From the NCBI GenBank assembly GCA_963755715.1, contig CAVWLW010000033.1, forward strand, positions 256,001 to 320,000: a stretch of 64,000 nt of DNA. The letters are read 5' to 3'. The notes below the pieces were generated by a model. The model saw only the letters and a program-made list of their open reading frames with translations. It did no database searches and was not told the origin of the DNA. Both the position numbers and the translations under genes were made by a program. This document shows positions 1 through 10,335 of the stretch, piece after piece. Position 1 is the first letter of the stretch. Each line of letters begins with the position of its first letter. Source of the stretch: an uncultured delta proteobacterium. GTDB lineage: Bacteria; Desulfobacterota; Binatia; UBA9968.

Positions 1-386
1 TGCTATTCATCATCGGGGGAATGGCCGAGCTTTACATCCTGATTAAGATTGGCAGCCATATCGGCGGGTTCAACACCATACTTCTCGTCTTAATGACCGC
101 AGTGTCTGGGCGCTTTGCTGGCGCGTCGGCAAAGTTTGCGCACTTTGCAGCAAATTCAATTAAGCCTGTCGCAAGGCCAAATTCCGGCGGAGGAATTGAT
201 CGACGGCGTGCTGATTCTTTCGGCGGCATTCTGTTCGTCATGCCCGGCGTGCTTACCGATCTATTCGCGCTGGTTTTGCTGCTTCCGCTCACGCGGACAT
301 ACTTCAAACGCTGGCTGCGGCGCCGATTCGACCGCATGGTCGCGGGCAGGGATGTCCGGCTCCAATATCACCGAGGCGGCTTCTGA
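1..386 (+). CDS. fxsA: FxsA family membrane protein (5' partial, frameshifted)
   Basis: ORFs 21..386 and 115..393 join into ELYILIKIG..IGGFNTILLV..LARRQSL..IPAEELIDGVLIL.GGILF.MPGVLTD, the FxsA pattern; two apparent 1-nt indels. Confidence 0.8.
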   Translation, partial: LFIIGGMAELYILIKIGSHIGGFNTILLVLMTAVSGRFAGASAKFAHFAANSIKPVARPNSGGGIDRRRADSFGGILFVMPGVLTDLFALVLLLPLTRTYFKRWLRRRFDRMVAGRDVRLQYHRGGF

Positions 387-443
387 AGTTTAGTATCGCG
401 CCCCGCCCGTTTTTCCCGGGGTGAGGCGGACGGCGTTATTTTA

Positions 444-555
444 GTCGCCATTCCGGGCAAGCTGGCGATACCTGGCGCGACCCGGAATCCAGAAATTTAA
501 GTAGGGGCGCATGGCATGCGATCTTTCTGGATACCGGTTTTCACCGGTATGACGA
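444..555. repeat. Palindromic intergenic element (GTC..ATTCCGG...CCGGAATCCAG / CTGGATACCGG...CCGGTATGAC) with a nested GTAGGGGCG REP-like half
   Basis: Inverted arms CCGGAATCCAGAAA and TTTCTGGATACCGG; lies between convergent genes. Confidence 0.6.
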
Positions 556-621
556 TTCGGTCGCCCGGATTAACGCGCAAACTTTAGTTGCGGTTCACCA
601 GAATCGCGCGGCTCGAAGAAC

Positions 622-1773
622 TTACCGATATGCTTCCTCAGGCATATTGAATTCTGCGCCTTCTTTTGCCAATTGCTCTCGGAACATCTTGCGGATGTAA
701 GGGTCCTCGTCGCGGTACTCGATGGTGTTGCCGCCCTCTTTGATGTCGAGATTCAAACCTCTCCAGTCTATACCAGGCACACCTTTGACGCGCCTGAGGA
801 TAGCCGCCCAGGAAGGCCAGCACACGCAAAGGTTCCTTGGATGCGCCATAGTGACCGTGGAACCAGCCGGCATCGCCCGGGGCGGCGCTCACGATGCCGC
901 CGGCTTTGTAGTCCTGTCGCTGGACCAATTCGCCCTTGCCGTCCTTCCACGGCGTCGTCCCCGCCTCGCCGGGCCAAGTGATGGTGTAGCCCTTGCCGGC
1001 TAACGCAGAGTAGCACCGGCCCGGCTTCATGGGCGTGACATCGCGAGTAGCGGCCAGGCGCATATTGCGCAATGAACCCCTGATAACTATTTCCGGACAG
1101 GCTCCAAAAGAAAGTTCGGTGACCCACGCCGCGCTGGCCATCGAGCGGCAACTCCACGCGGTCCGCGTCCGGGATAATATTGCCGTAGTTGCGCGCGCGG
1201 CCGTGGCGCGGATCTTTTCCGAGCTCGGTATGCGCTTTGAAATAATTTGCACTGCCGTCGTAGCGATCCTTGAACTGGTACGGGTTGTTGAACAGCGCGT
1301 CCTGACTCCGGTACATGATGAAAGATCGGCGGAGCGGTGGTCACGCCAAGCAGCAGGGCAGGGCTGGAGGTTGCGTTGACGATCCGGTGCCAGGTATTCA
1401 GCGGCGGAGAAAAGAGGCTACCCGGCTGCCACTCGAAGGTCTGCTTCTTGTTGGCATCGTCGCCGCTCCAGATCTCCGTCGTGCCGCGCCCCTCGAGCAC
1501 GTAGAAGATTTCCTCGTACATGTGCTTTTCAGGAGTAATGGCGCCTGCGCCGGGCACCTCGATCACGTACATCCCCTGAAGCCCGCCGCAGCCGTTAAGC
1601 TCGATGAACGCGCCTTGAGCGCCCATGCGCTTCCAAGATGCCAAAGTCAGGTCGCGGATGTCGTGGAAGCCCACCGTGCCGCGATGGATGGGGAGATTTT
1701 GCTCCTCCATGTAAACTTCATACGGACTGGCCTGCCGTATCCAGCGCTTGGTACCAACGAAGTCTTGCTCCAT
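622..1773 (-). CDS. Two-domain cupin protein (frameshifted)
   Basis: Pieces 1087..1773, 768..1316, 638..1252 and 622..873 give EKHMYEEIFYVLEGRG..PPLNTWHRI and CHAHEAGPVLL..WFHGHYG cupin motifs; RBS AAAGGAGG. Confidence 0.8.
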
Positions 1774-1852
1774 TCTTAATTGCCTCCTTTGATTATCCAG
1801 TTTGTTGCACTGAGAGCCGACTCAATACAAGCGTTTATATCCTGCGCGCATC
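1750..1852 (-). repeat. Cupin 5' end plus leader, direct repeat copy 1 (partner 3558..3660)
   Basis: CTCCTTTGATT.T.CAGTTTGT.GCACTG.GAGC....AAGCGTT..TATCCTGCGCGCATC is shared with 3558..3660. Confidence 0.75.
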
Positions 1853-1936
1853 GACGGTTCCAGTTGCTACGATTGGGCGCGTGGGTGAAAGCAATGGCTG
1901 CGTTAATCGTTGCGCTCTGACCCTAATTTGACTGGT

Positions 1937-3519
1937 CTAGAAACCTACTGCCTGCCCGTCGCGGCGCGGGTCGCTGGCGGTGAAGTAGCCGCCGTCGAGC
2001 TTCCAGATCATCTGGCCGCAGCCGAACTGGTTGTAGTCGTCCACGGTCACGATGCGATGCCCGCGGCGCTTCAGCTCCTCGAGCGAAGCAGCGGGGAAGC
2101 CGTCCTCGACGCTCACCTCCATGCCCTGCACGACACGGAAGCGCGGGCCGTCGCAGGCCGCCTGCGGGCTCTGCTCGTAGTCGGCGATGCGTACCATCAC
2201 CTGTGTGTGGCCCTGCGGCTGCATGGTGCCGCCCATCACGCCGAAGCTCATCACCGGCCGGCCGTTTTTCGTGACAAAGCCGGGAATGATGGTCTGGTAC
2301 GGGCGCTTGCCGGGTCCGACGCAATTGGGATGGCCCGGCTCGAGCACGAAGTTGCTGCCGCGGTTCTGCAGCGAGATGCCTTCCACCACGACTCCCGAGC
2401 CGAAGCCCATGAAGTTCGACTGGATGAAGGAGACCATCATGCCGGAAGCATCGGCCGCGGTGAGGTACACCGTGCCGCCTTTCGGCGGGTTGCCGTGGCC
2501 GAAATCCTGCGCGCGCTTGGGATCGATGAGCTTCGACCTCGACTTCAGGTATTCCTTGTCGAGCAGCGCCTGCGGGCGCACGTCCATGTGGTCGATGTCG
2601 CCTACGTAGCGCCAGCCATCGGCGAAGGCGAGCTTCACCGCTTCGATCTGCAGGTGCACGCTGTCGGCGCCGTCGACCGGGATGCGAGCGCAAGTCAAAG
2701 TTCTCAAGGATGCCGAGCGCAATCAGCGCCACGATGCCCTGGCCGTTGGGCGGGATCTCGTGCAGCGTGTAGCCGCGATAATCCATCTCGAGCGGCTTCA
2801 CCCAGTCGGGCCGGTGCGCCGCCAGGTCGGAAGCGCGCAGCGCGCCGCCTTGCTTCTTCGCCGCCGCCTCGAGCTTTGCGGCAAGCTCGCCGCGATAGAA
2901 TGCCTTGCCCTTCGTGGCCGCGATTTTTTCCAGGGCCGAGCGCATGTTTCTTGAAAACGAATTTTTCTCCGGCGCGCGGCGCGCGTCCTCCCGGCAGGAA
3001 CGCCTGGGCGAAGCCGGGCTGGTCCTTCAGCTTGTCGACCTGCGCTTGCCACTGTCCCGCGATGGTCGGCGAGACCAGGAAGCCTTCGCGGCCGTAGCGG
3101 ATCGCCGGCTCGAAGAGCTTGCGGAACGGCAGCTTGCCGAATTTGCCGTGCATCTCGACCCATGCCGATACGGCGCCCGGCACGGTCACCGTGTCCCAAC
3201 CGCGCGCCGGCATGGCCTGTTTGTCGCGGAAATAGTCGGGCGTCCACGCGGCCGGCGAGCGTCCCGAAGCGTTCAGGCCATGCAGTTTGCGTCCGTCCCA
3301 GACGAGCGCGTAGGCATCCGAGCCGATACCGTTCGACACCGGTTCGACCAGCGACAGCGTGATCGCAGTGGCGAGGATCGCGTCCACCGCGTTGCCGCCG
3401 GCGGCGAGCATCTGCAGCCCCGCCTGCGCGGCGAGCGGCTGGGAGGTGGCGACGACGTTCTGCGCGAGCAGCGGCTTGCGCGGCCAGGCGTAGGGGTTGT
3501 TCCAGGAAAAGGGAGTCAT
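1937..3519 (-). CDS. ggt: Gamma-glutamyltransferase family protein (frameshifted)
   Basis: VVATSQPLAAQAGL..GGNAVDA..GLNASGRSPAA; nucleophile region GGTVYLTAADASGMMVSFIQSN; FGVMGG.MQPQGH; SDPRRDG; split over three ORFs. Confidence 0.9.
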
Positions 3520-3557
3520 TGCGCTGTTGCCATCCTGCCGGCCTTTAGGCCGTCGCG

Positions 3558-3660
3558 GGTGCCGACAAAGTATTGATTCATATTTAATGCTCTCCTTTGA
3601 TTGTTCAGTTTGTAGCACTGGGAGCGGGCGCAGTGGAAGCGTTCCTATCCTGCGCGCATC
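3558..3660 (-). pseudogene. Stub of a cupin paralogue 5' end (MNQYFVGTR) with leader; direct repeat copy 2
   Basis: ATG at 3581 after AAAGGAG gives MNQYFVGTR versus cupin MEQDFVGTK; leader homologous to 1781..1852. Confidence 0.7.
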
Positions 3661-3816
3661 TCGATTCAAGCTCTTGATCGCTGTTATCAACTACGAACCG
3701 GATAAGATTCGCAAGATTTTTCTGTGAGAGTTTATGTATTGCACGGGCATCACTGCGGGAGTAAAATTTTTACAAAGCGCAAAAAAATCTGGCCACTCAA
3801 TTAGGAGGATCAAGCC

Positions 3817-4575
3817 ATGGCTGAGAATACATCGCTAGACGCGCGCGCAGATGCCCTCGAGCGGAAGATGAGCGATGAGCTTGATGTACTACTTTCGAAA
3901 TCGGCGCTGTTCAATATGGCGGACGGCCAGCTCGGCGCGTCCGGCATGGGATCTGACCTCACGACTAAACACGGCAAGTATTATCTGATGGACGACGACC
4001 CGCGGCTGCCGAAAATGCCGGCGAAGCCGACGCTTCTCGACTATTTCGAGTGCCGCGCCAAGGGCATCAATCATATGCTGCAAAGCGCGACCCATGCACT
4101 GAAGGCCGGCATGCCGGAGAAAACGATTCTCGCCTGCCTGCTGCACGATATCGCCAATGCAATCTTCATCAAAAGCGACCACGGCTACTGGGGGGCGCAG
4201 CTGATCGAGCCCTACGTCGACGAGGAGGTGAGCTGGGCGGTCCGCGCGCATCAAGCGCTGCGTTTCTTCCCTGACGAGTCGGTCGGCTACTCGTATCCGG
4301 AAATGTACGTCAAGAATTTCGGGAGGGACTACGTGCCCGACGACTACATCCAGGACGCATACAAGCGCGCGCGGAACCACAAGTGGTACATGACCGCGCG
4401 CATGATTACCGTCCACGACATCTACTCCTTCGATCCCAACGCGGTGGTGAGCTGGGAACCTTTCGTCGAGATCGTCGGGCGTCACTTCAAGCAGCCGGCG
4501 GAAGGTTTAGGATTCGACAACAGCCCGACCTCGCACATGTGGCGCACCATCCGGCGTCCGACAAAGTATCTCTGA
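3817..4575 (+). CDS. HD-domain metalloprotein (PhnZ/MIOX-like ligand set)
   Basis: NHMLQSAT, CLLHDI, SDHGYWGA, RAHQ and HDIYSFD motifs; RBS AGGAGG. Confidence 0.75.
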   Translation: MAENTSLDARADALERKMSDELDVLLSKSALFNMADGQLGASGMGSDLTTKHGKYYLMDDDPRLPKMPAKPTLLDYFECRAKGINHMLQSATHALKAGMPEKTILACLLHDIANAIFIKSDHGYWGAQLIEPYVDEEVSWAVRAHQALRFFPDESVGYSYPEMYVKNFGRDYVPDDYIQDAYKRARNHKWYMTARMITVHDIYSFDPNAVVSWEPFVEIVGRHFKQPAEGLGFDNSPTSHMWRTIRRPTKYL

Positions 4576-4761
4576 GGCGGGAATCTGAGGGCGCACATTT
4601 CCCGTCTCGACTAAAACGAGTTTCCAGGGCCAGCCAAAGACAAGTCCGAATAGAAAGAGGTCCGAATCTTTCGAGATTGCGATGCGCTGCTCGTCGACCG
4701 AAATCTAATTGAGAACGCCGTCCTTTAACGGAATGGGGTACTGGCTTGCTTTGATTCTACG

Positions 4762-6324
4762 CTAACGTAATCGGGGTTTGAGATCCCAACCGTAGACGTC
4801 CTCTCCGGGATTCGCCTTGAAGTCGAACTTGTTACTGACTCCTTGCAGGCCCTGATATTGGTAGAGCCAGGCCACCGGCGCTTCATCCATCAGCACCGAC
4901 ATCGCCTTCTGCAGCAGCTTTACTCGTTGGGCAGGATCGAAACTTGCCTGTTCCGCTTGAAGCGCGGCATCCACCGCCGGGTTGGAGAATTCCAGCCGCT
5001 TGGTGACTCCCGTGCGGAAGTACTGGTGCAGGTACTCACTGGGGTCGATGACTGCGCCGCGTCCGAAAATATACATGCCGACTTTGCCATTTTGGATCGC
5101 GGCAAATCCGCTATCTTGATCCTGCGTGTGCAGCTTGGCGCGGATGCCAACCTCGTTGAGCATGCCGCCGATCGCCTCTGCCACATCTTTGATCTTGTTG
5201 TATTGCCCAAGGGGAACCAGGAAATCGACCTCAAAGCCGTTGGGATATCCGGCTTGGGCGAGCAACTTCTTCGCCTTCGCCGGGTCATGATTGTATTTGG
5301 GACGGAGCTCGCGGCTGTAGCCGTACTGGTCCGGTCCGACGGGCGCGTCCATGGGATAGGCATTGCCACTGAGCACGCTCTTGGCGAGAGCGTTTCGATC
5401 GATCGCATAGTTGACCGCCTGACGAACGAGTTTGTTACTGAACTGCGGCACCGAGCTGTGCATGCCCAAAAACATAATATTGATCGTGCGAGCGCTTTCG
5501 ATGCGCGCAGCGCCGGTCACCCGCGCGGCGCTCTCGGGCGGAACGTTGGAGATGATGTCCACTTCTCTATTCAACAGCGAGGTGATCGCCACTTCCGATT
5601 CCGCAATATTGCGAAACACGATTTCGTCGACGATCGGCTTGTGATCGCTATGAGCGTAGCTGGGGTTCTTCTCGACGACGAACCACTGACCGCGCACCCA
5701 GTCTTTGAGCTTATACGGCCCCGTGCCGAGCGCGAGCTTATCGGCCGCCGCCGCGCCCAAACGATCGTAGGCAGCTTTGTTGGTGATGAAGCGCTGCGAT
5801 AGGCGAAACAGCAGCGCGGCATCCGGACTCTTGGTGCGCAATCGAACAGTAAGAGGATCGACCGCCTCGATCGCGATCACGTGGGCGATGGAGCTCGCCT
5901 GTTTGCTATCGGGGTCCTTCTGAATACGGGTGAACGAGTGTACGACATCGGCCGACGTGAAATCGCTGCCATCGTGGAACTTGATACCCTTCTTAAGCTT
6001 GAACACCCAAGTGCTGTGGTCCGGATTGCTCCACGACTCGGCGAGAAGTGGAACAATTTGTTTTTTGCTCCAGCTCCATTCGACCAGCGGCTCGATCACA
6101 TGTTTCCAGGTCGGATAGATCTGCGTCGTCGAATGAGCGTAGGGGTTCAAGGTCTCGACCTGCACGCCGGGCAGAGCGATCGTAGCGGTAACCTTCTGCT
6201 CTTTCTTCGCGGCACTCTGCGCCTGCGCGCCCGAGATGGTTAAAGCTGGCGGAACGAATATCTGGTACGCGGCGAGAAACAGCGAAAGTAAAATAGCAAA
6301 AGCAACAACGCGGAACTTTGGCAT
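4762..6324 (-). CDS. ABC transporter substrate-binding protein, family 5 (DppA/OppA-like)
   Basis: Signal peptide; PLLAESWS..WVFKLKKGIKFHDGSDFTSADVVHSF; GTGPYKL; VRQAVNYAIDR. Confidence 0.92.
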   Translation of the reverse strand: MPKFRVVAFAILLSLFLAAYQIFVPPALTISGAQAQSAAKKEQKVTATIALPGVQVETLNPYAHSTTQIYPTWKHVIEPLVEWSWSKKQIVPLLAESWSNPDHSTWVFKLKKGIKFHDGSDFTSADVVHSFTRIQKDPDSKQASSIAHVIAIEAVDPLTVRLRTKSPDAALLFRLSQRFITNKAAYDRLGAAAADKLALGTGPYKLKDWVRGQWFVVEKNPSYAHSDHKPIVDEIVFRNIAESEVAITSLLNREVDIISNVPPESAARVTGAARIESARTINIMFLGMHSSVPQFSNKLVRQAVNYAIDRNALAKSVLSGNAYPMDAPVGPDQYGYSRELRPKYNHDPAKAKKLLAQAGYPNGFEVDFLVPLGQYNKIKDVAEAIGGMLNEVGIRAKLHTQDQDSGFAAIQNGKVGMYIFGRGAVIDPSEYLHQYFRTGVTKRLEFSNPAVDAALQAEQASFDPAQRVKLLQKAMSVLMDEAPVAWLYQYQGLQGVSNKFDFKANPGEDVYGWDLKPRLR

Positions 6325-6378
6325 GTTAGTTGTTCTCCCCCTTTTACGATCAATCCGATAGGGCTGTGCGCGCCCCTA

Positions 6379-7365
6379 TCATCGGGATGAGTGAAGTTTC
6401 CTTAGAATGCTCAGGTCCTCAAGATCGTCCGGCGTAAACGCTTTGGCGACTTGGAGAGTCTCACGATAAATCTCGATTTCTCTTTCCACGGCTTTGCGTG
6501 GCTTGGTGCCATCTCGGCTATAAGCCGTTAACATCGAAGCCAAAGCCTTTTCAGCAACCGACGGTTCCATTTTAAAAGAACCCGCGATGTACTGAACCAT
6601 CTCGTGGCGATTCATCGGGTTCTGCAGGTAAGCCATCGTCTTAAGCAGACCTCGAATTACGGCCTGGACTATGCCGGGATTTTTTGCCAGAGCTTGCATC
6701 GAAGCCACAAGCCCGATGGTGCTAAGCGGTGCGTAGTCCTTGGCCTCCGCCAGGCGGCTATAACCTTTTGCTTCGGCCTCTTCAGCATAGGGCGGCGGTA
6801 GCAAGGTCGCCGCGATTCTCTTGCTAAGCAATGCCTTGTAAGCGTTTTCGGTGACCTGGGTCGAAAGGAAGGTTACCTGAGACGGATCGATACCGTTGCC
6901 TTTTAAGATCATCTTTGCCGACATGCCCATGGCATCGGTAGGCGCATTGACTCCGATGACTTTGCCGGTTAGCTCACGAATCGTCTTGATCTCTGGCTGT
7001 GCCGTGAGAGCGAAGGTCGGGTCCTGCTGGACGTAGAAGACTCGTTTAAGCGAAGATCCCCGCATGATCGCCGCAGTTGCCGCTCCCAGCGTTGTGGAGA
7101 AGTCCAACTCTCCTGCCACCATAGCAGCAATGGCTACTGGCGGTGACATCGCCACAAGCTGCGCATCGATTCCCTCCTCGAAAAAGAAACCTTTATCCTT
7201 GCCGAAATAGAAAACCATGACAGAGAGGCTCTTCCCGGGTATATGGACGGTGATTTTTACAGGAGACGACGCGCCCCAAGCAATCGGAGCAGAGCAAGCA
7301 AGCATGATGGATACAGCGGTCACTCTGCGCAGGAATGTTAGCGGATGAGCAAAAGACATTGACAT
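6379..7365 (-). CDS. ABC substrate-binding protein, NMT1/SsuA/TauA-like
   Basis: Signal peptide; KDKGFFFEEGIDAQLV; AMVAGELDF; IKTIRELTGKVIGV. Confidence 0.88.
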   Translation of the reverse strand: MSMSFAHPLTFLRRVTAVSIMLACSAPIAWGASSPVKITVHIPGKSLSVMVFYFGKDKGFFFEEGIDAQLVAMSPPVAIAAMVAGELDFSTTLGAATAAIMRGSSLKRVFYVQQDPTFALTAQPEIKTIRELTGKVIGVNAPTDAMGMSAKMILKGNGIDPSQVTFLSTQVTENAYKALLSKRIAATLLPPPYAEEAEAKGYSRLAEAKDYAPLSTIGLVASMQALAKNPGIVQAVIRGLLKTMAYLQNPMNRHEMVQYIAGSFKMEPSVAEKALASMLTAYSRDGTKPRKAVEREIEIYRETLQVAKAFTPDDLEDLSILRKLHSSR

Positions 7366-7638
7366 GCAGGCCTCCTTTCAAAATCGCTGATTTAAACAAA
7401 GGGGCGGCTTTCAATGTCAAACAGTGCGTCGACGAGTATCTTCATTGCGGCACCTCTTCGTTCGATTTCTAGAAAGAAAAAATTCCATAAGACAACATGC
7501 CGGGCTCGCCGCGCTTAGGGCGGGAATCTTATCAAGATTCAAGAAGCTGTCAGTAGCTTCTGCGCGCTTCACCAGGGAAACGAAATCCACAACACATTTA
7601 GATTGATCAGAGTGATGTCATACCCCATGGGCGTTCCC

Positions 7639-8715
7639 TTACCTTTGCGGCAACGGGTCGGGGCCGGTGAGCTTTTTGAATAGCTCCACGGCTTCGCGGT
7701 CACGCGGCATGTCTCTGATCGTTTGCTCCAGCTCCTCCGGCATTTGCGGTTCGGCTTTTAGGCCGGTGAGCTTTGTGTATTCCTTGAAAAAGTCGGCGTC
7801 TCTGTAAGTCTTGCGCATCGCTTCCTGCAGAGTCTTCACCCGGTCTTTCGGTGTGCCGGGCGGAAGGATGAACGGATTGCCGCTGCCGACGAAAGTCCGA
7901 TAGAGCGCGACCAGCTTGCGCTCGAGGGCGGTTTTGGCAAAGCTCTCGATGTCGGCGAGCGCGGCAAAGCGGGGATGAGCGTGCTTTCGTCCCTTCGGGA
8001 TCTCGATGATGGCGTGGAAATCCATCAGGTTTTTTTCGACCCATTCCGGTTTCTCGTGGAGCAGAGCGTCCGCCACGGTCGAGCGAGTGTCGATCTCGCC
8101 GGCCTCAATGGCGACGTCCAGTTCGGGCGAGGCATATCCGGTGACGAATCTGGGCTGTCTCAACCCGATCAGGTGCGCAAACATGCGGCCGGAAATGTAG
8201 ATCAGATGCCCCACCGACTGGGAGCCGATTCTCAGACCGGAAGCCGCGCGGAGCTTCTCCAAACTGTCGAGGCCAGCTTCTTTGCGTGTGAAAAAAACAT
8301 GATAGCCGCCGCTATAGCTGGTGCCGAGATAACTCACTTTATCGATGTCGTAGAGAATCCCACTCTCGCCGAGAATCGGTTGCATAACGAATGGCGTCGA
8401 CATGCGGCCAATGGTCAGGCCGTCCGGACGGACCGATTTATATAGGTGGTTTGCCGCCTTCCGCCCTCCGCCGCCGTCCATGTACTGCATCATAATGGTG
8501 GGATTTCCCGGAATATACTTTTGCAGAAAAGGAACGACGGCTTTGGTCCGCATGCTCCCGACTCCGCCGGGCGCGCTACTCTCAAGTATGGTAACGGTTT
8601 TCCCTTGGAAGAAAGAAGTTTGCGGAAAAGCGACGCCGCCTATGAAAAGACCGGGCAGTAGCGCGCCAAGGGAGATTCGGAGAAATACTGCCGACGTGGA
8701 TCTGTCGCGTCTCAT
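7639..8715 (-). CDS. Tripartite tricarboxylate transporter binding protein (TctC/Bug-like)
   Basis: FFQGKTVTI..SAPGG; KYIPGNPTI..MDGGGG..AANHLY..PDGLTIG; PPGTPKDRV. Confidence 0.85.
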   Translation of the reverse strand: MRRDRSTSAVFLRISLGALLPGLFIGGVAFPQTSFFQGKTVTILESSAPGGVGSMRTKAVVPFLQKYIPGNPTIMMQYMDGGGGRKAANHLYKSVRPDGLTIGRMSTPFVMQPILGESGILYDIDKVSYLGTSYSGGYHVFFTRKEAGLDSLEKLRAASGLRIGSQSVGHLIYISGRMFAHLIGLRQPRFVTGYASPELDVAIEAGEIDTRSTVADALLHEKPEWVEKNLMDFHAIIEIPKGRKHAHPRFAALADIESFAKTALERKLVALYRTFVGSGNPFILPPGTPKDRVKTLQEAMRKTYRDADFFKEYTKLTGLKAEPQMPEELEQTIRDMPRDREAVELFKKLTGPDPLPQR

Positions 8716-9030
8716 ATGCACCCCCGTAACATGAGAACTCCGGGTTTCGTCAACTCTCTTCCTGTGATCCTTCCGGTAAACCGCTATGACTCGAAGCCCG
8801 ACTAACACCTCTGAAAAGTCGTGTCAATGAAACAATCTTGGCTTGCCGTGTGAAACGGGCTGGTGCGTGGCCTGGTGGACGTTCCGAATTCGATCCGTGA
8901 AGTAAGCGCATCCGGTCTATCCGGTACAACTGTTTGAAGAGAACATGGCGCGCATTGGGTGGGCGTGATCAGAGATCCGGCGAAGAACGAGTCATGATTA
9001 GGTCGTTCGTCTTGTATCTCGGCACGACCG

Positions 9031-10037
9031 CTATTTTACGCCGTAAGCGCCGTAAAGCTGGTCGATGTAGCCGCTTTTATCGAGCTCCTGGATAAGTTTT
9101 GCGTCGATGAGACTCTCGGCTTTAAGATCGGCCACCGCGGGATTGCGCTTTTCATCAGCCGCTGCACGTTGTTAAGACCTTCCACGGAGGGATAAGGTTT
9201 TCGGTCCGTGGCGCGAAGCAGATCTTGGTAGCCTTGCTCGGCAAGCGCCGGGTTAGATACTTTAAGCCGCCGCGTGATGGTTTCGATCACCGCGGGTTTC
9301 ATCCGCGGGCTCAGCGCGTAGGCGACTCCTTCCAACCACGCCTTCAAGGCGTTTCTCGCCGCGTCCGGTTGCTGGATCAGGTAGCCCGCGCGCACGACAA
9401 TCCCGTTGCTGACGAACGGAATGTTGGTTTTCGAGAGCTCCACCAGGGTCGGAAATCCGCGCTGCTTTAAATCGTTGCTGAAAGCGCTATCGACGACGGT
9501 CGCGTCGATGCTTCCCTTCTCCAACGCTTGGCTGAGCATCGTTTGGTCACCGGCAGCGACGACCTGGATATCGTCGCGACGAGAATCAAGTCCCAGATGT
9601 TCGAGTCCGAGCATCGCCGCCATCCAGATGGTCCCGCCGATCACTTGCACGCCGACACGCTTACCGCGCAAATCTTTGGGATTCTTGATGTTCGGTCTAA
9701 CGACCAGATCGAAAGGGATGCGGCTTGTGAACGTACCGATGACGCGTAGGTCCAAACCGCCGGCCGCCGCGCCTAGAGCCGCAGTGCCGCCGCTGTTGGC
9801 GAGATGAACTTGTCCGCTCGCCATGCTGGCGATCATAACGGGAGAGCCCGGCATGTAGACTTGCTGAACGTTCACGCCAAACTTGGTAAAGAACCCTTTT
9901 TCTTGCGCGATCCAAAGCGGGCTCACCCGGGCGCTGATATTCGCGTAACCGATGACGACTTCCGACGCCGCGAAGAGGAGTGCTGGTGCGAGGACAACGC
10001 CAAGAATGAAAGTTACTGTCAGGTTGAATTTTTTCAT
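9031..10037 (-). CDS. ABC substrate-binding protein, NMT1/SsuA-like (C-terminal frameshift)
   Basis: PLWIAQEKGFFTKFGV; DLRGKRVGV; KPYPSVEG; the real C-terminus QELDKSGYIDQLYG is in another frame ending at 9031. Confidence 0.85.
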
Positions 10038-10167
10038 CGGAAGCAACCCTCATCCGATTTGCTGAGGTTGAAATAGCTGTTGACGATTCGTTTACCACAC
10101 CTTGCGGGCAGGGGAGAAGGCGAATGGAGGAAGAGCGTGGATGCGAGGCGAGAAGTCATAGGTGCCC

Positions 10168-10209
10168 GTCAAACTCAGTTTGACCCGTTATACGCAGACT
10201 CGTTATACG
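10168..10209. promoter_or_regulatory. Candidate operator: perfect 17-bp palindrome plus 2x CGTTATACG
   Basis: GTCAAACT-C-AGTTTGAC at 10168..10184; CGTTATACG at 10186 and 10201; between divergent genes. Confidence 0.4.
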
Positions 10210-10335
10210 TAGCGAAAGAATGTCGAATGTTGGGGTATAGCGGAAAATCTTAAGCAACAACGCTCGCGCGTTCTGCGGGCTGCAATAGACACGTTTCTGC
10301 TGTGAAATTTCCACAAGATCAGTTTGGAGGCGCAG

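Noticed and set aside
4576-7529. 11-bp direct repeat GGCGGGAATCT flanking two SBP genes
   Set aside because: Short and GC-rich, and the second copy is not at a gene boundary; could be chance.
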